IMG/VR virus record: IMGVR_UViG_3300037234_000222
Location: 1-52,588 of that record
DNA from: a virus
Lineage: Duplodnaviria; Caudoviricetes
Direction: 5' to 3' (one strand)
Length of the DNA: 52,588 nucleotides
Position numbers and translations under genes: made by a program. Position 1 is the stretch's first letter. Every line of letters starts with the position of its first letter. Of this stretch, positions 1-8,387 are shown in pieces. The notes below the pieces were generated by a model. It was not told the origin of the DNA. It saw only the letters and a program-made list of their open reading frames with translations, and searched no databases.

Positions 1-1095
1 TTCAAAGTTATCTTCTTTGTACTCATGAGTAGGTGACTTTCTGGAAGCTTTTTGTGCTACATACTGATCAAAACCAGCATCCAGATAAGAAGAATCAGAA
101 TCAAATCTTGCTTGGTCGTATCCTTCAGCACCTTTAAGAACTGCCTTCTTGATAACTTCAAGAGGTTCGTTTTTGATCTCTTCGAACTCTTTTGAATCCA
201 TCCGACTCTTTGCGCCTTCCCAAACCTTTAAGGTTTCTTTGGCAATAACTAGAGCCTTTTCATCAATAGTTTTTGAATCGTTTCTTTCTTCAAGTTCTTT
301 TTTAGCGGTGGACAATTCGCCCGACATGCTATCAAACTTGGCATCTCTTGAAGATAAAAGATTCTTAGCCGTATGGCCAATATCTTCCATCCTGTTTCTT
401 AGCAGTTGAACTGCCGCCTCTGCACCTTCGGGAATCTCAGTATGAAAAGAATCAAACTTCTTTTCCCCAATGGTAAAGGCTGGAATTTCAATTTTCATTC
501 TCGATTCCCCTTGCTGTTGTTTATTGCCTTGCGGCTGTGATTGCTCGTTTTCATCTACTTGCCAAGCCCCGTTGTCTAGGCGGATAGAGCAACCTTCCCC
601 CCTTCCTTTAATGGTGCTTGTGAGATGGTTGTAAACTATGTTTCTTTGGATTCTGTCGTACTTGCCGAACTCTGGATCAATGCCTGATTTGTCTTCGATG
701 TCGCATTCATAGCCAGCCGATACGTCAAGTGCATCTTGTTTTGTGATCTTGGAAACGCCAGCTTCATCATGTACCGCCACGGATACTTCGAGAAATAGAC
801 CGTCTTCCCTAACGCTTTCACCTGTCGAGCCAACTGAATGTGCTTTTACGGTCTTTGAGGTGAGAAGCCCGCCTTTGTGTTCTAGGCTGAATGGCTTCAT
901 AGTTAAAGTATTCATTGAGTCTTGCTTGAATACTTCTTCTCTTGGCCTCAATTCTCTAGTCACCTTGCCAGACTTATCTCGATAGATAAAGACTCCGGCT
1001 CTGGTCGCACGAACACGATCAAGACGAAGAAACCCGTTCTTGTCTGGCGTGAGCTTGCCTAATTTATGAGTATGTTTGTCTAGTCTTAAAACCAT
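1..1095 (-). CDS. DUF2213-family prohead protease/scaffold protein (runs off the left edge, probably wraps to the right end)
   Basis: Not in the ORF track because it has no stop in the window. Manual translation from ATG 1095: MVLRLDKHTHKLGKLTPDKNGFLRLDRVRATRAGVFIYRDKSGKVTRELRPREEVF...SAGYECD...QRNIVYNHL...GRGGEGCSIRLD, typical DUF2213 motifs; frame open to position 1; directly upstream of decoration and capsid genes if circular. Confidence 0.85.
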   Translation of the reverse strand, partial: MVLRLDKHTHKLGKLTPDKNGFLRLDRVRATRAGVFIYRDKSGKVTRELRPREEVFKQDSMNTLTMKPFSLEHKGGLLTSKTVKAHSVGSTGESVREDGLFLEVSVAVHDEAGVSKITKQDALDVSAGYECDIEDKSGIDPEFGKYDRIQRNIVYNHLTSTIKGRGEGCSIRLDNGAWQVDENEQSQPQGNKQQQGESRMKIEIPAFTIGEKKFDSFHTEIPEGAEAAVQLLRNRMEDIGHTAKNLLSSRDAKFDSMSGELSTAKKELEERNDSKTIDEKALVIAKETLKVWEGAKSRMDSKEFEEIKNEPLEVIKKAVLKGAEGYDQARFDSDSSYLDAGFDQYVAQKASRKSPTHEYKEDNFE

Positions 1096-1100
1096 AGCGA

Positions 1101-1130
1101 ATTATAAACAATCTTTTAAGTATTCGTCAA
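1101..1130 (-). promoter_or_regulatory. sigma70-like promoter TTGACG-18-TATAAT for the DUF2213/capsid/tail operon
   Basis: cgtcaa 1125-1130 and attata 1101-1106 on plus; ATG only 5 nt downstream of the -10. Confidence 0.65.
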
Positions 1131-1442
1131 GCGTTCTTTTGCTGTTTTATATATCTCTTGCAACTCTTCATTACCTGAAATATACCATTCAAGAAGTCTA
1201 ACGTGAACCTCGAACCAATAACCTAATGAAACTAAAGAAATAAATAAGGCTAAATAAACCATTCTAATGATAAATCTAGCCTTTAATGATTGAACCCCAT
1301 CTCTTTCAGCATCTGTATTTTCTGCATATGCCATTGTCAATTTATAGGCATACACCAAAGAACCGAAGCATAAAAGCAGGGGCCAGTAAATTCTAATCAG
1401 AGTCGAAAGTCCGAATACGGCTACTAGATCGAATGGATTCAT
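1116..1442 (-). CDS. hypothetical membrane protein (2-3 TM)
   Basis: Hydrophobic segments; stop/start coupled to the upstream gene. Confidence 0.6.
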   Translation of the reverse strand: MNPFDLVAVFGLSTLIRIYWPLLLCFGSLVYAYKLTMAYAENTDAERDGVQSLKARFIIRMVYLALFISLVSLGYWFEVHVRLLEWYISGNEELQEIYKTAKERLTNT

Positions 1443-1996
1443 TAGTTATACCCATACTCAATCAGGGTTGATTCTGGAAGCTGCCTCATAAGGTCGAGTG
1501 CTTTCCTCATCTCATCAAGCTCGGCCTGAGTAAACCCAGTAGCAGATGGATCAATATATTCGGTATGCCCACTAAAAGCGAAGATCAAAGAACCAATTAC
1601 GCCCATGCAAAAGATGAATATTCCAAAGCTCTTATCCGCCGCAACGAATGGTTCAAAACCTGTACTTGGGAACCACATAGCCGTAAATTGCCAGAACGCT
1701 GCATACCCAATAAGCCCACCAACAAAAAGCTTTCCTAGATACTTCAAGGTAGGGTTGAATTTTGAGGAAGCAAACAGCATCATTGAAAAGAAGTTCAAGG
1801 CAAACAAGCCCCCTTCAAGACTGAATGGATCAATTGAATCGGACCCCATGTATCCAGTGGTCGCAAGTGAGATAGTCACCCCGATAAATAAAACATACAT
1901 TACAACATGAATTTGCTTTAGCTCGTTCAGTTTATCATAAAGCGACTGTAGCCACTCTTGAATTGTCTGGTCTGCCTTCTCTGTATTAAATGTCAT
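1442..1996 (-). CDS. hypothetical polytopic membrane protein (~4 TM)
   Basis: Four hydrophobic stretches; likely start MTFNTEK at 1996 after GGGGGAC. Confidence 0.6.
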   Translation of the reverse strand: MTFNTEKADQTIQEWLQSLYDKLNELKQIHVVMYVLFIGVTISLATTGYMGSDSIDPFSLEGGLFALNFFSMMLFASSKFNPTLKYLGKLFVGGLIGYAAFWQFTAMWFPSTGFEPFVAADKSFGIFIFCMGVIGSLIFAFSGHTEYIDPSATGFTQAELDEMRKALDLMRQLPESTLIEYGYN

Positions 1997-2279
1997 TTTG
2001 TCCCCCACTATAAAAAACTGCAATATTTTTAACCTCTTCGCTCTTAACCACCTTAACTAAAAACGGATAGTTTTTATTTTGATAAAGGCAATAATGATAC
2101 TGAGCATATTTTTTATGGCCGCCCTTATTAAAGCTTTCAAAGTCGATAGCCCTATTAGTTTTTGAAAATGAATACAATTCGCAATATGTTTCCTTGTCAG
2201 TTCTTACCGCACCATCAATATTAACTGCATAAATGCTTGATGGGATAATAAAAAACGCTGCCAATAAAATCAATCTCAT
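1986..2279 (-). CDS. hypothetical secreted protein
   Basis: MRLILLAAFFIIPSSIYA signal peptide; GGAGG RBS upstream. Confidence 0.55.
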   Translation of the reverse strand: MRLILLAAFFIIPSSIYAVNIDGAVRTDKETYCELYSFSKTNRAIDFESFNKGGHKKYAQYHYCLYQNKNYPFLVKVVKSEEVKNIAVFYSGGQNDI

Positions 2280-2923
2280 TCTGCACCTCCTAAGTCGATT
2301 ATACATCTAAACATCTTCTTTCCACTCCACCCATCATCACCACCGTCAAAGAATCCCTCTTGTGGTCTTTGGACAACGCTTGCTGATTTAACTTCCTTCT
2401 CTGTAGCTGGATAAGCATTTTGGGAATCACAAAGATCCATTGCATCTTCAGAGATAAGATTTGAGTACTCAATTTCTAACGGCTTCCCATCCCTAAACCA
2501 AACATCTTTCATCACAAAAATATCTTTCTTATCGACAACCGCATATTGATAAACATCCCGCATTGGCACACCAACTGTTTCTTGGAAGTCCTTTGCAGAT
2601 AATGTTTGATAGATTGGGTGCCGATTCAATACCGTACTCTTAAAGGCCACCTTTGTGATCTTCTCAGTAACAGGCTCTAACCCCCCACTTGCAAGGTGGG
2701 TCGATACCTCTTTAATATCCTTTACAGTCCATGAGTAAATACCAAGCGTACTGACTAAAACTAAGATGGTCCCATAGAAAAGGAATTTCCAAATATACCA
2801 CTGGAAGGTAAGGATCAACAAACTTCTCAGAGTTCCAATAAATCCGCTTTTAGTCGCCCAACTATCAGCCTCATGTGATTCACTTAAGCTTGGCTGACTG
2901 TTATATTCGTTTGGGTCAAACAT
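2276..2923 (-). CDS. membrane-anchored protein with possible C-type-lectin-like (DUF1566/FGE-like) C-terminal fold
   Basis: TM segment ~aa 30-65; C-terminal AMDLC..QNAYPATEKEV...FRCI resembles the A..C....RLPT..E...FRCV pattern. Confidence 0.4.
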   Translation of the reverse strand: MFDPNEYNSQPSLSESHEADSWATKSGFIGTLRSLLILTFQWYIWKFLFYGTILVLVSTLGIYSWTVKDIKEVSTHLASGGLEPVTEKITKVAFKSTVLNRHPIYQTLSAKDFQETVGVPMRDVYQYAVVDKKDIFVMKDVWFRDGKPLEIEYSNLISEDAMDLCDSQNAYPATEKEVKSASVVQRPQEGFFDGGDDGWSGKKMFRCIIDLGGAE

Positions 2924-4025
2924 TGACTACCTCCTTTCCGCTCATGATTGCCGCTTCAATGTATTTCTTTCTTGAATCGAAGCGTTTTACTGCATCAATT
3001 GGCTTGGCCTCATATGCAACTAGGTTATTGCTTGGCCTTCTACCGCTTCCCAATAAATGCTCTTTCATGATCACAGCTATATTTTGAAGTGATCTTGTTC
3101 TTTGGTTGTGGTTGTAAATCCTTTGGGGGCAAGTAATATTTGTAACCAGCCCCGTATTATTGATCAAGAAACTAACAGATGACCTTGTAAAATCCCCGGC
3201 CATAATACTATATCCCTTTGCAATTGGTTTTGTATCAAAATCAATTGGGTCAAGTACGGTACACATCAAAGCTTGATATACTGGCATTACTGGAAGTTCT
3301 TTCTTTGTGATCAGCAATGTTCGCCCTGAAATATCCATTGCTGGAATGAAAAGCTCTTTGGACAATTGACCCATTAGCATATCCCGCCCGTTTACCTTGA
3401 ACGCTTTTCTTAATGCCCTTTCAACCTTCTTTGGGTTTCTCTGACCTGTTCTAAGGTACTTTAAACCGCCTCTAGTAGCCTTTCTTAGCTCTTTACCCCA
3501 CCATAAGGATAGATCATAAGTAGACCGCCCGGCTGCATACCAAGCGGCGATAATGGCCCCAAAGCCAACACCTGAAAACAAGTCGTAAGTTCCAGCCAAG
3601 TTTGCTTGTTCTTTCGCTTCCAAGTCTCTGGCAATCTCGATGAACCCAAAACCCCTTGTGTAAAAGCACTGGTCAAAGCAGATAGCCCTCTTGTAATTAT
3701 GCCGAATGAAAAGCTTTTTCCGGCCTTCAATGATGGACTCTCTGAAATCTTGGCTGCTCTTTTGCTCAATCATATAATTGGCAATTGGATGCCCATCCTC
3801 ATGAATCACAAGCTTTAGAGTATCATTTGGCTGAAATGAATTAAGATCAAGTTTTAAGGCTTGCTCAGTCATTTGATCAACGATGATCTCTTTTTTTGTC
3901 GGGTTGCTGTTTAGTAGCTGGACCTCTACCCTTGGCGCACGTTCGCCTGACAGATTGATTTCAACCAGCTTCTTTTTGCCGTTTGGCACTTTGATCGTGA
4001 ATGGTCTTCCTACTACCTGTTCCAT
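2916..4025 (-). CDS. patatin-like protein with degenerate catalytic motifs (pseudo-phospholipase) and N-terminal beta-rich domain
   Basis: ICFDQCFYTRG (vs LSLDGGGxRG), YDLFSGVGFGAIIA (vs FDLIAGTSTGGIIA), LFIPAMD, CTVLDPIDF (vs ATSAAPTYF), IMAGD (vs xDGG). Confidence 0.7.
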   Translation of the reverse strand: MEQVVGRPFTIKVPNGKKKLVEINLSGERAPRVEVQLLNSNPTKKEIIVDQMTEQALKLDLNSFQPNDTLKLVIHEDGHPIANYMIEQKSSQDFRESIIEGRKKLFIRHNYKRAICFDQCFYTRGFGFIEIARDLEAKEQANLAGTYDLFSGVGFGAIIAAWYAAGRSTYDLSLWWGKELRKATRGGLKYLRTGQRNPKKVERALRKAFKVNGRDMLMGQLSKELFIPAMDISGRTLLITKKELPVMPVYQALMCTVLDPIDFDTKPIAKGYSIMAGDFTRSSVSFLINNTGLVTNITCPQRIYNHNQRTRSLQNIAVIMKEHLLGSGRRPSNNLVAYEAKPIDAVKRFDSRKKYIEAAIMSGKEVVNV

Positions 4026-4026
4026 A

Positions 4027-4302
4027 TCAGTCTTCTATTCTAACGGTTATGTTTTGCCCCGGCATTGATCGAATCAAGGCGATGGTTAACTCTTGAGCGT
4101 CCTTCTCAGATGCCCCTTGTGCTATTAATTCTTTCTTGTACGACATAATAAACCCAGCTAGAGCCTTTGGAATCTTTTCATTCTCTAAAGTGCTAATGAT
4201 CATCTCTGTCATTATCTTGCTCTCTATCTCATCCATAAATGGAAGTGAGAAGGCGTTTGTTGTGATTAGGATGAACCCGATTATTAAGCTAAATTTTTTC
4301 AT
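4027..4302 (-). CDS. hypothetical secreted protein
   Basis: MKKFSLIIGFILITTNAFS signal peptide. Confidence 0.55.
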   Translation of the reverse strand: MKKFSLIIGFILITTNAFSLPFMDEIESKIMTEMIISTLENEKIPKALAGFIMSYKKELIAQGASEKDAQELTIALIRSMPGQNITVRIED

Positions 4303-4557
4303 TTAACCCTTGTTGTTCATATTTTGAAGCATCATATACTTGACGAACTCCATTTCACCAATAAGCGCATTTGACACTTTCCCATAAAAAGTTTGACCTG
4401 TTAGACCGTTCTCTTCACGAATAATGCTCAAGCCAGAAACACGCCCGCTCTTTACCTTTTCGATTTCACCTTCAAGGCATTTAATCATTCCTTCCTTAAG
4501 ATGTTCCCATTTCTCTTTTTTCTCTTTCTTAGGTAAAACGTGAATTTTATCACTCAT
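4303..4557 (-). CDS. hypothetical phage protein
   Basis: Tightly packed ORF with GAGG RBS. Confidence 0.55.
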   Translation of the reverse strand: MSDKIHVLPKKEKKEKWEHLKEGMIKCLEGEIEKVKSGRVSGLSIIREENGLTGQTFYGKVSNALIGEMEFVKYMMLQNMNNKG

Positions 4558-5385
4558 TTAATCCTCATATACGTTTTCAGCATAACACCGACATTGAATA
4601 TCTTCCCCCGGATGATTTCTCTCACCCGCTCGTTTTCCTGTGGTAACTGTTACAGGCGGTTTATTCCAATCCTGCTCAGTTCCGTTTAATTCTTCGTGCC
4701 TATCTCGCTCCCTTCCATCAATGTTGGTGTGCCAGATATATTTTGTAACCCCGTTTCCTGTGGCCAATTGTCTTTCAAGCTGGCCGTTAATGCTGGATAC
4801 CTGATCCCTTGCGATTAGTTGCGCCCGTTGCTTTGATACTCCGAACTCTGCCTTGATCTTTGTGGCAATCGTGCTGTTTAAATCACCCCCTTGGAATCCA
4901 TCAGATACGATCCGATAAACATCATCGAAGTATCCTTGGCCTAGACTTGTGATCATTTCCACGTTTGATGCCGTTGCTGTATCAATGTAATCACTCAAGC
5001 CCGGTACATTCTTAATTGGGTCTACACCCTGAATCTTTTTGTGGCTCCGTTTGAACTTTGACCATTGAGCCGCTTGCACACCTCGAATCATTAGATTGAC
5101 AATATTCCTCTCAACAAACCCAGAATATCGGATCATGTTTGGCTGTTCACCTGCTTTTAACCTTTGACCGAAGAAAGTACCCATTGCAAAAGCAAAAGCG
5201 TCTTGTAAGCGGTCTAAAAGTGATTTCGTTGCATCAAGCCTTGTGTTACCTCTTATCTCCTCTAGGTTCGCAATTATAAGCTCATCAATGATCTTTTTAA
5301 GCCTTCGCATCTCTTTTGTTATGTTGCTTGCATAACTTTGGGTCTTCGTTTTGATGTATCTTGGCTCTGAGCTTTTCTTGGTCAT
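4558..5385 (-). CDS. minor head morphogenesis protein (Mu gpF / SPP1 gp7 family)
   Basis: RAQLIARDQ, YIWHT..DGRERDRHEELNG, HPGEDIQCRC motifs. Confidence 0.92.
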   Translation of the reverse strand: MTKKSSEPRYIKTKTQSYASNITKEMRRLKKIIDELIIANLEEIRGNTRLDATKSLLDRLQDAFAFAMGTFFGQRLKAGEQPNMIRYSGFVERNIVNLMIRGVQAAQWSKFKRSHKKIQGVDPIKNVPGLSDYIDTATASNVEMITSLGQGYFDDVYRIVSDGFQGGDLNSTIATKIKAEFGVSKQRAQLIARDQVSSINGQLERQLATGNGVTKYIWHTNIDGRERDRHEELNGTEQDWNKPPVTVTTGKRAGERNHPGEDIQCRCYAENVYED

Positions 5386-5594
5386 TCAGATACAACCCAA
5401 TCTTCAGAAAAAAGTTCGATCATTGTTTCTTTCCATGGGACTAGGCCAAATCGTGACTCAACATATAAATATGGGGCTGTCATTTTGCTGTGTGCATCTG
5501 GAAATTGTGCCTTGATAACTACATCTTCAGACCATTGAGGCAACCTCATACATTTTCCATTTTTTACTTCTTCAAGTGCTTGCCCAAAATTCAT
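5382..5594 (-). CDS. DUF2829 / Thoeris anti-defence 2 (Tad2)-like signal sponge
   Basis: MNFGQALEEVKNGK..R..W...Q.PD.HSKMT.PYLY.....VPW......SEDW matches the DUF2829/Tad2 pattern. Confidence 0.8.
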   Translation of the reverse strand: MNFGQALEEVKNGKCMRLPQWSEDVVIKAQFPDAHSKMTAPYLYVESRFGLVPWKETMIELFSEDWVVSE

Positions 5595-5602
5595 CCTTCC
5601 TC

Positions 5603-6481
5603 CTATCGAATATCTAAATCATTCAAACTTGCGGCTGCTTGGGGTGGTACTGAGATAATACCATTTGCAAGTCCAACCACTCGACTGTTCAATTTGACCA
5701 CTGCGTTGTAAGGTAAATCCCAATAGAACATTCCTGTTGTTGCATTAAATGTTGCGAGAACTTCTTGCCCTTCATAAAAGATATTATCAATATTGAAAGG
5801 CAAATTCTTGATTGTCGCTTTCCCATCAAAGCTTGGAACCGCCCCGGTTGAATCCTGAACAAATGCGAAGCCAGATACACGGCAAACATTAGCTGTAGCT
5901 GGAACCGGGATAGTTAAGACCTCCCCATTATAAGTATCTGAGGTTGCGCCTGATACCACCAGTGTTTCTGTTGGGTCAAAATTAACCTGATTCTTGGTAA
6001 GCACTACGGTATAAGAGGCATCATCCAAATTCAAGATCACTTGTCCACTTGCATCTGTAACGGCTGTTCTTAGAAGGACGGTCTGCATTAAGTTCCATAC
6101 CGCCATCCCAACATCTGGGATAGGGGTTGTGTCTGTTTCTTCAACTGTGATGGTAACTACACTAGCCCCGGCTGCACCGCCAATTAGGTTGATAATCGTG
6201 TCTGGGTAGCCCCCGAATAAGACAGCCTCCCTTTGTGTAATAACACCATTGGTCATGATGTATAGATATTCTGAAAAGGCAGTCGGTGCGGTTGTAAGAT
6301 TTGACCACGCCCACCTAAAAACACCAGTTGTCCCGATCTCTAAACATGCGCCCGTTGTTAGTGATTCAAGAGTTCCACCGAATACTTTATAAACCGTAAC
6401 CGTTACCGTGTCACCTGTTCCAAAGTTGCCGACTGCATAGGCATTTGAAGCCTCATCTGCAGTATATCTGAAAGCTGTCAT
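5603..6481 (-). CDS. putative virion-associated beta-rich protein with Ig/carboxypeptidase-regulatory-like domain
   Basis: T/G/A/V-rich; TPIPDVGMAV...TDASGQVILNLDDASYTV pattern; in head operon. Confidence 0.5.
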   Translation of the reverse strand: MTAFRYTADEASNAYAVGNFGTGDTVTVTVYKVFGGTLESLTTGACLEIGTTGVFRWAWSNLTTAPTAFSEYLYIMTNGVITQREAVLFGGYPDTIINLIGGAAGASVVTITVEETDTTPIPDVGMAVWNLMQTVLLRTAVTDASGQVILNLDDASYTVVLTKNQVNFDPTETLVVSGATSDTYNGEVLTIPVPATANVCRVSGFAFVQDSTGAVPSFDGKATIKNLPFNIDNIFYEGQEVLATFNATTGMFYWDLPYNAVVKLNSRVVGLANGIISVPPQAAASLNDLDIR

Positions 6482-7041
6482 TTTAAGAATTCCTCTTGTG
6501 AGCCTAAGCTATCTTGTTGAAAATGGAAATCGATCTCATAAAGAAACGCACCAGAGCCATAATCATCAGCCCCATCAGCTACGTCTCGGAATACACGGCA
6601 TAGAAATAGCTGTGATAGTTCCCATCCCGTTGTATCTATCATTGCGAGATCAAAATATTGATTCTGCTTTGCTGTTCCGCTTGCGGTTGCCGCATTTGTA
6701 ACTATTGTAGTGGTCGATAAGTCCCCATCAATAGCAGCCGCTACATATTCAAGCCCCCATACAACACCGCCCGCACCCGCATCTGAAGCACCCCAATGAA
6801 CATGGCAATCTAAATCAGTACCGATCAGCCAACTATGAGGCATCTGAGCTACAAAGTATAATTCCTGTTCTTGATTCTGGCTAAACGAATAAGTGAATAC
6901 CCCTTGAGATCCAGCCCCATTATCCCCTACCTTTGTAAATGTTGGGTCTTTAGTTCCACCCACCTTTGTCGAAGTGATTGGGAACCTGAGATCGGTCCAG
7001 TTTGTCCCACGACTTACTGGTATTTTTAAAGGATCACCCAT
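6478..7041 (-). CDS. putative virion-associated protein (jelly-roll-like)
   Basis: WTDLRFP...QMPHSW..GT...HVHW...VVWGLEY...RD.....D.Y pattern common in phage structural regions. Confidence 0.55.
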   Translation of the reverse strand: MGDPLKIPVSRGTNWTDLRFPITSTKVGGTKDPTFTKVGDNGAGSQGVFTYSFSQNQEQELYFVAQMPHSWLIGTDLDCHVHWGASDAGAGGVVWGLEYVAAAIDGDLSTTTIVTNAATASGTAKQNQYFDLAMIDTTGWELSQLFLCRVFRDVADGADDYGSGAFLYEIDFHFQQDSLGSQEEFLK

Positions 7042-8324
7042 TATTCAAACTCCGTAAAATCAATGGTTGATTGAACATCAGAAGTAGTGCTTTCTGCATT
7101 GGCATAAACTACAAACAGCTCTGAGTTGGTTGAATCAAGATTTTGAGAAATAAAACTATGCTTGCTTGTCTCAGAAGTTGAAGAGTCTGTGGAATCGCCT
7201 TTCGCCCCTGCTACAATGAAATCGCTTGTAAACCTGTGGATGTCACCACCTACGATTACAATTGGGCCTGTCTGTCCAGCGTTCTCAACTGCTTGCTCAA
7301 TTCCACTCTCCGCCGTGTCAATGTCTTCCCAATTCGCATCAATAGAAGTTATCCCCCTTACCTGAGCAACTTGGAATAGAACATCTTTCCCGACTGCCTT
7401 AAAGGTGGCATGGTTGAAATGCGCCGTCCTTCTATTCTCTTTGGATTTAAATGTATTCTTAAGCCTCATTACCAAGATAGGGGTAATCGCATGCTTTTCT
7501 GTTACTGGCGATGTAACTGGTACTGTTCTTGCCAATAGCCCGTTTGTTGCCGTAAATTCAAATCCTAATGGTGTTCCTTCACCTTCGGTATAAACAGCCG
7601 AACAGATTTGCTTGATTGAGTCGCCTGTAGTGCTTCCAAAGTCTCTTATTTCATAGCTTACAGGTAGCGTAGGAGTTCGCATATAAACAATATCAAGCTC
7701 ATTTGAGTGGCTCTCTTCATGGCAAATAATACTTATCCCGCCAATATTTAAATAAAACCTAACCCTTCCAGCCCCTAACCATTGAATATCAAAAGAAAGG
7801 ATTTGTGACTTCGTAATATCTAAGGTAAGTTTACTAGGCCCTGTTCCATCCAGCTTATCTTTATTCCATGCGGATTGGAGAATCTCGTTTTCAACTGCCG
7901 ATCCAGATGCATCCGATCTAATGACGAACTTTAAATCAGCTCCGTCATCTTCAAAATAAACACCGTTTAGATGATCAAAATACCCGGCTCGCTTGGTTAC
8001 ATTTGCCGTACTCGCACCAAATATTGTAGTAAGATCGATTAAATGACTTTGCCCTGAAACGTATGTGAAATACCTTGATGATCTTCTAATGGCATAAGAA
8101 CCATTAGTTCCATTAGTTGACATCTGAACAGATGATTCATCCGAAAGATAAGTGATCGCTCCACCCACCGCAAAGTCCTCATTCCAGAAATCAGACCCAC
8201 TATCAAATAAATGCTTACTTTCAAAAAGCATCTTTGGTTTTGATTGTCGGAATCTTCCGAACGCATCTACCGCCGGACTATCGGCTGGTATAGTTTGAAT
8301 TACAGTTGGGTCAAGGCTGCTCAT
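7041..8324 (-). CDS. putative virion-associated protein (DAFGR family, lectin-like beta protein)
   Basis: DAFGRFRQSKP..LFE, GYFD..NGVYF, Q..WN.DKLDGTGPS, QWLGAGRVRF motifs widespread in phage genomes. Confidence 0.6.
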   Translation of the reverse strand: MSSLDPTVIQTIPADSPAVDAFGRFRQSKPKMLFESKHLFDSGSDFWNEDFAVGGAITYLSDESSVQMSTNGTNGSYAIRRSSRYFTYVSGQSHLIDLTTIFGASTANVTKRAGYFDHLNGVYFEDDGADLKFVIRSDASGSAVENEILQSAWNKDKLDGTGPSKLTLDITKSQILSFDIQWLGAGRVRFYLNIGGISIICHEESHSNELDIVYMRTPTLPVSYEIRDFGSTTGDSIKQICSAVYTEGEGTPLGFEFTATNGLLARTVPVTSPVTEKHAITPILVMRLKNTFKSKENRRTAHFNHATFKAVGKDVLFQVAQVRGITSIDANWEDIDTAESGIEQAVENAGQTGPIVIVGGDIHRFTSDFIVAGAKGDSTDSSTSETSKHSFISQNLDSTNSELFVVYANAESTTSDVQSTIDFTEFE

Positions 8325-8387
8325 CTACTTACCTTTAGGCTTTGGTTTAGGTGCTGGCTTTCCACCGTATCCTTTATTTTTCGGCAT
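8325..8387 (-). CDS. 20-aa Lys/Pro-rich micro-peptide MPKNKGYGGKPAPKPKPKGK
   Basis: AAGGA RBS, ATG 8387, stop abuts ATG of next gene; fills the gap exactly. Confidence 0.45.
   Translation of the reverse strand: MPKNKGYGGKPAPKPKPKGK

Noticed and set aside
149-985. Track ORFs 149-409, 636-833 and 743-985
   Set aside because: Shadow frames of the DUF2213 gene, which the track missed because it lacks a stop in the window.
2276-2923. Diversity-generating retroelement suggested by the CLec-like domain and tail fibre
   Set aside because: No reverse transcriptase and no template/variable repeat pair found.
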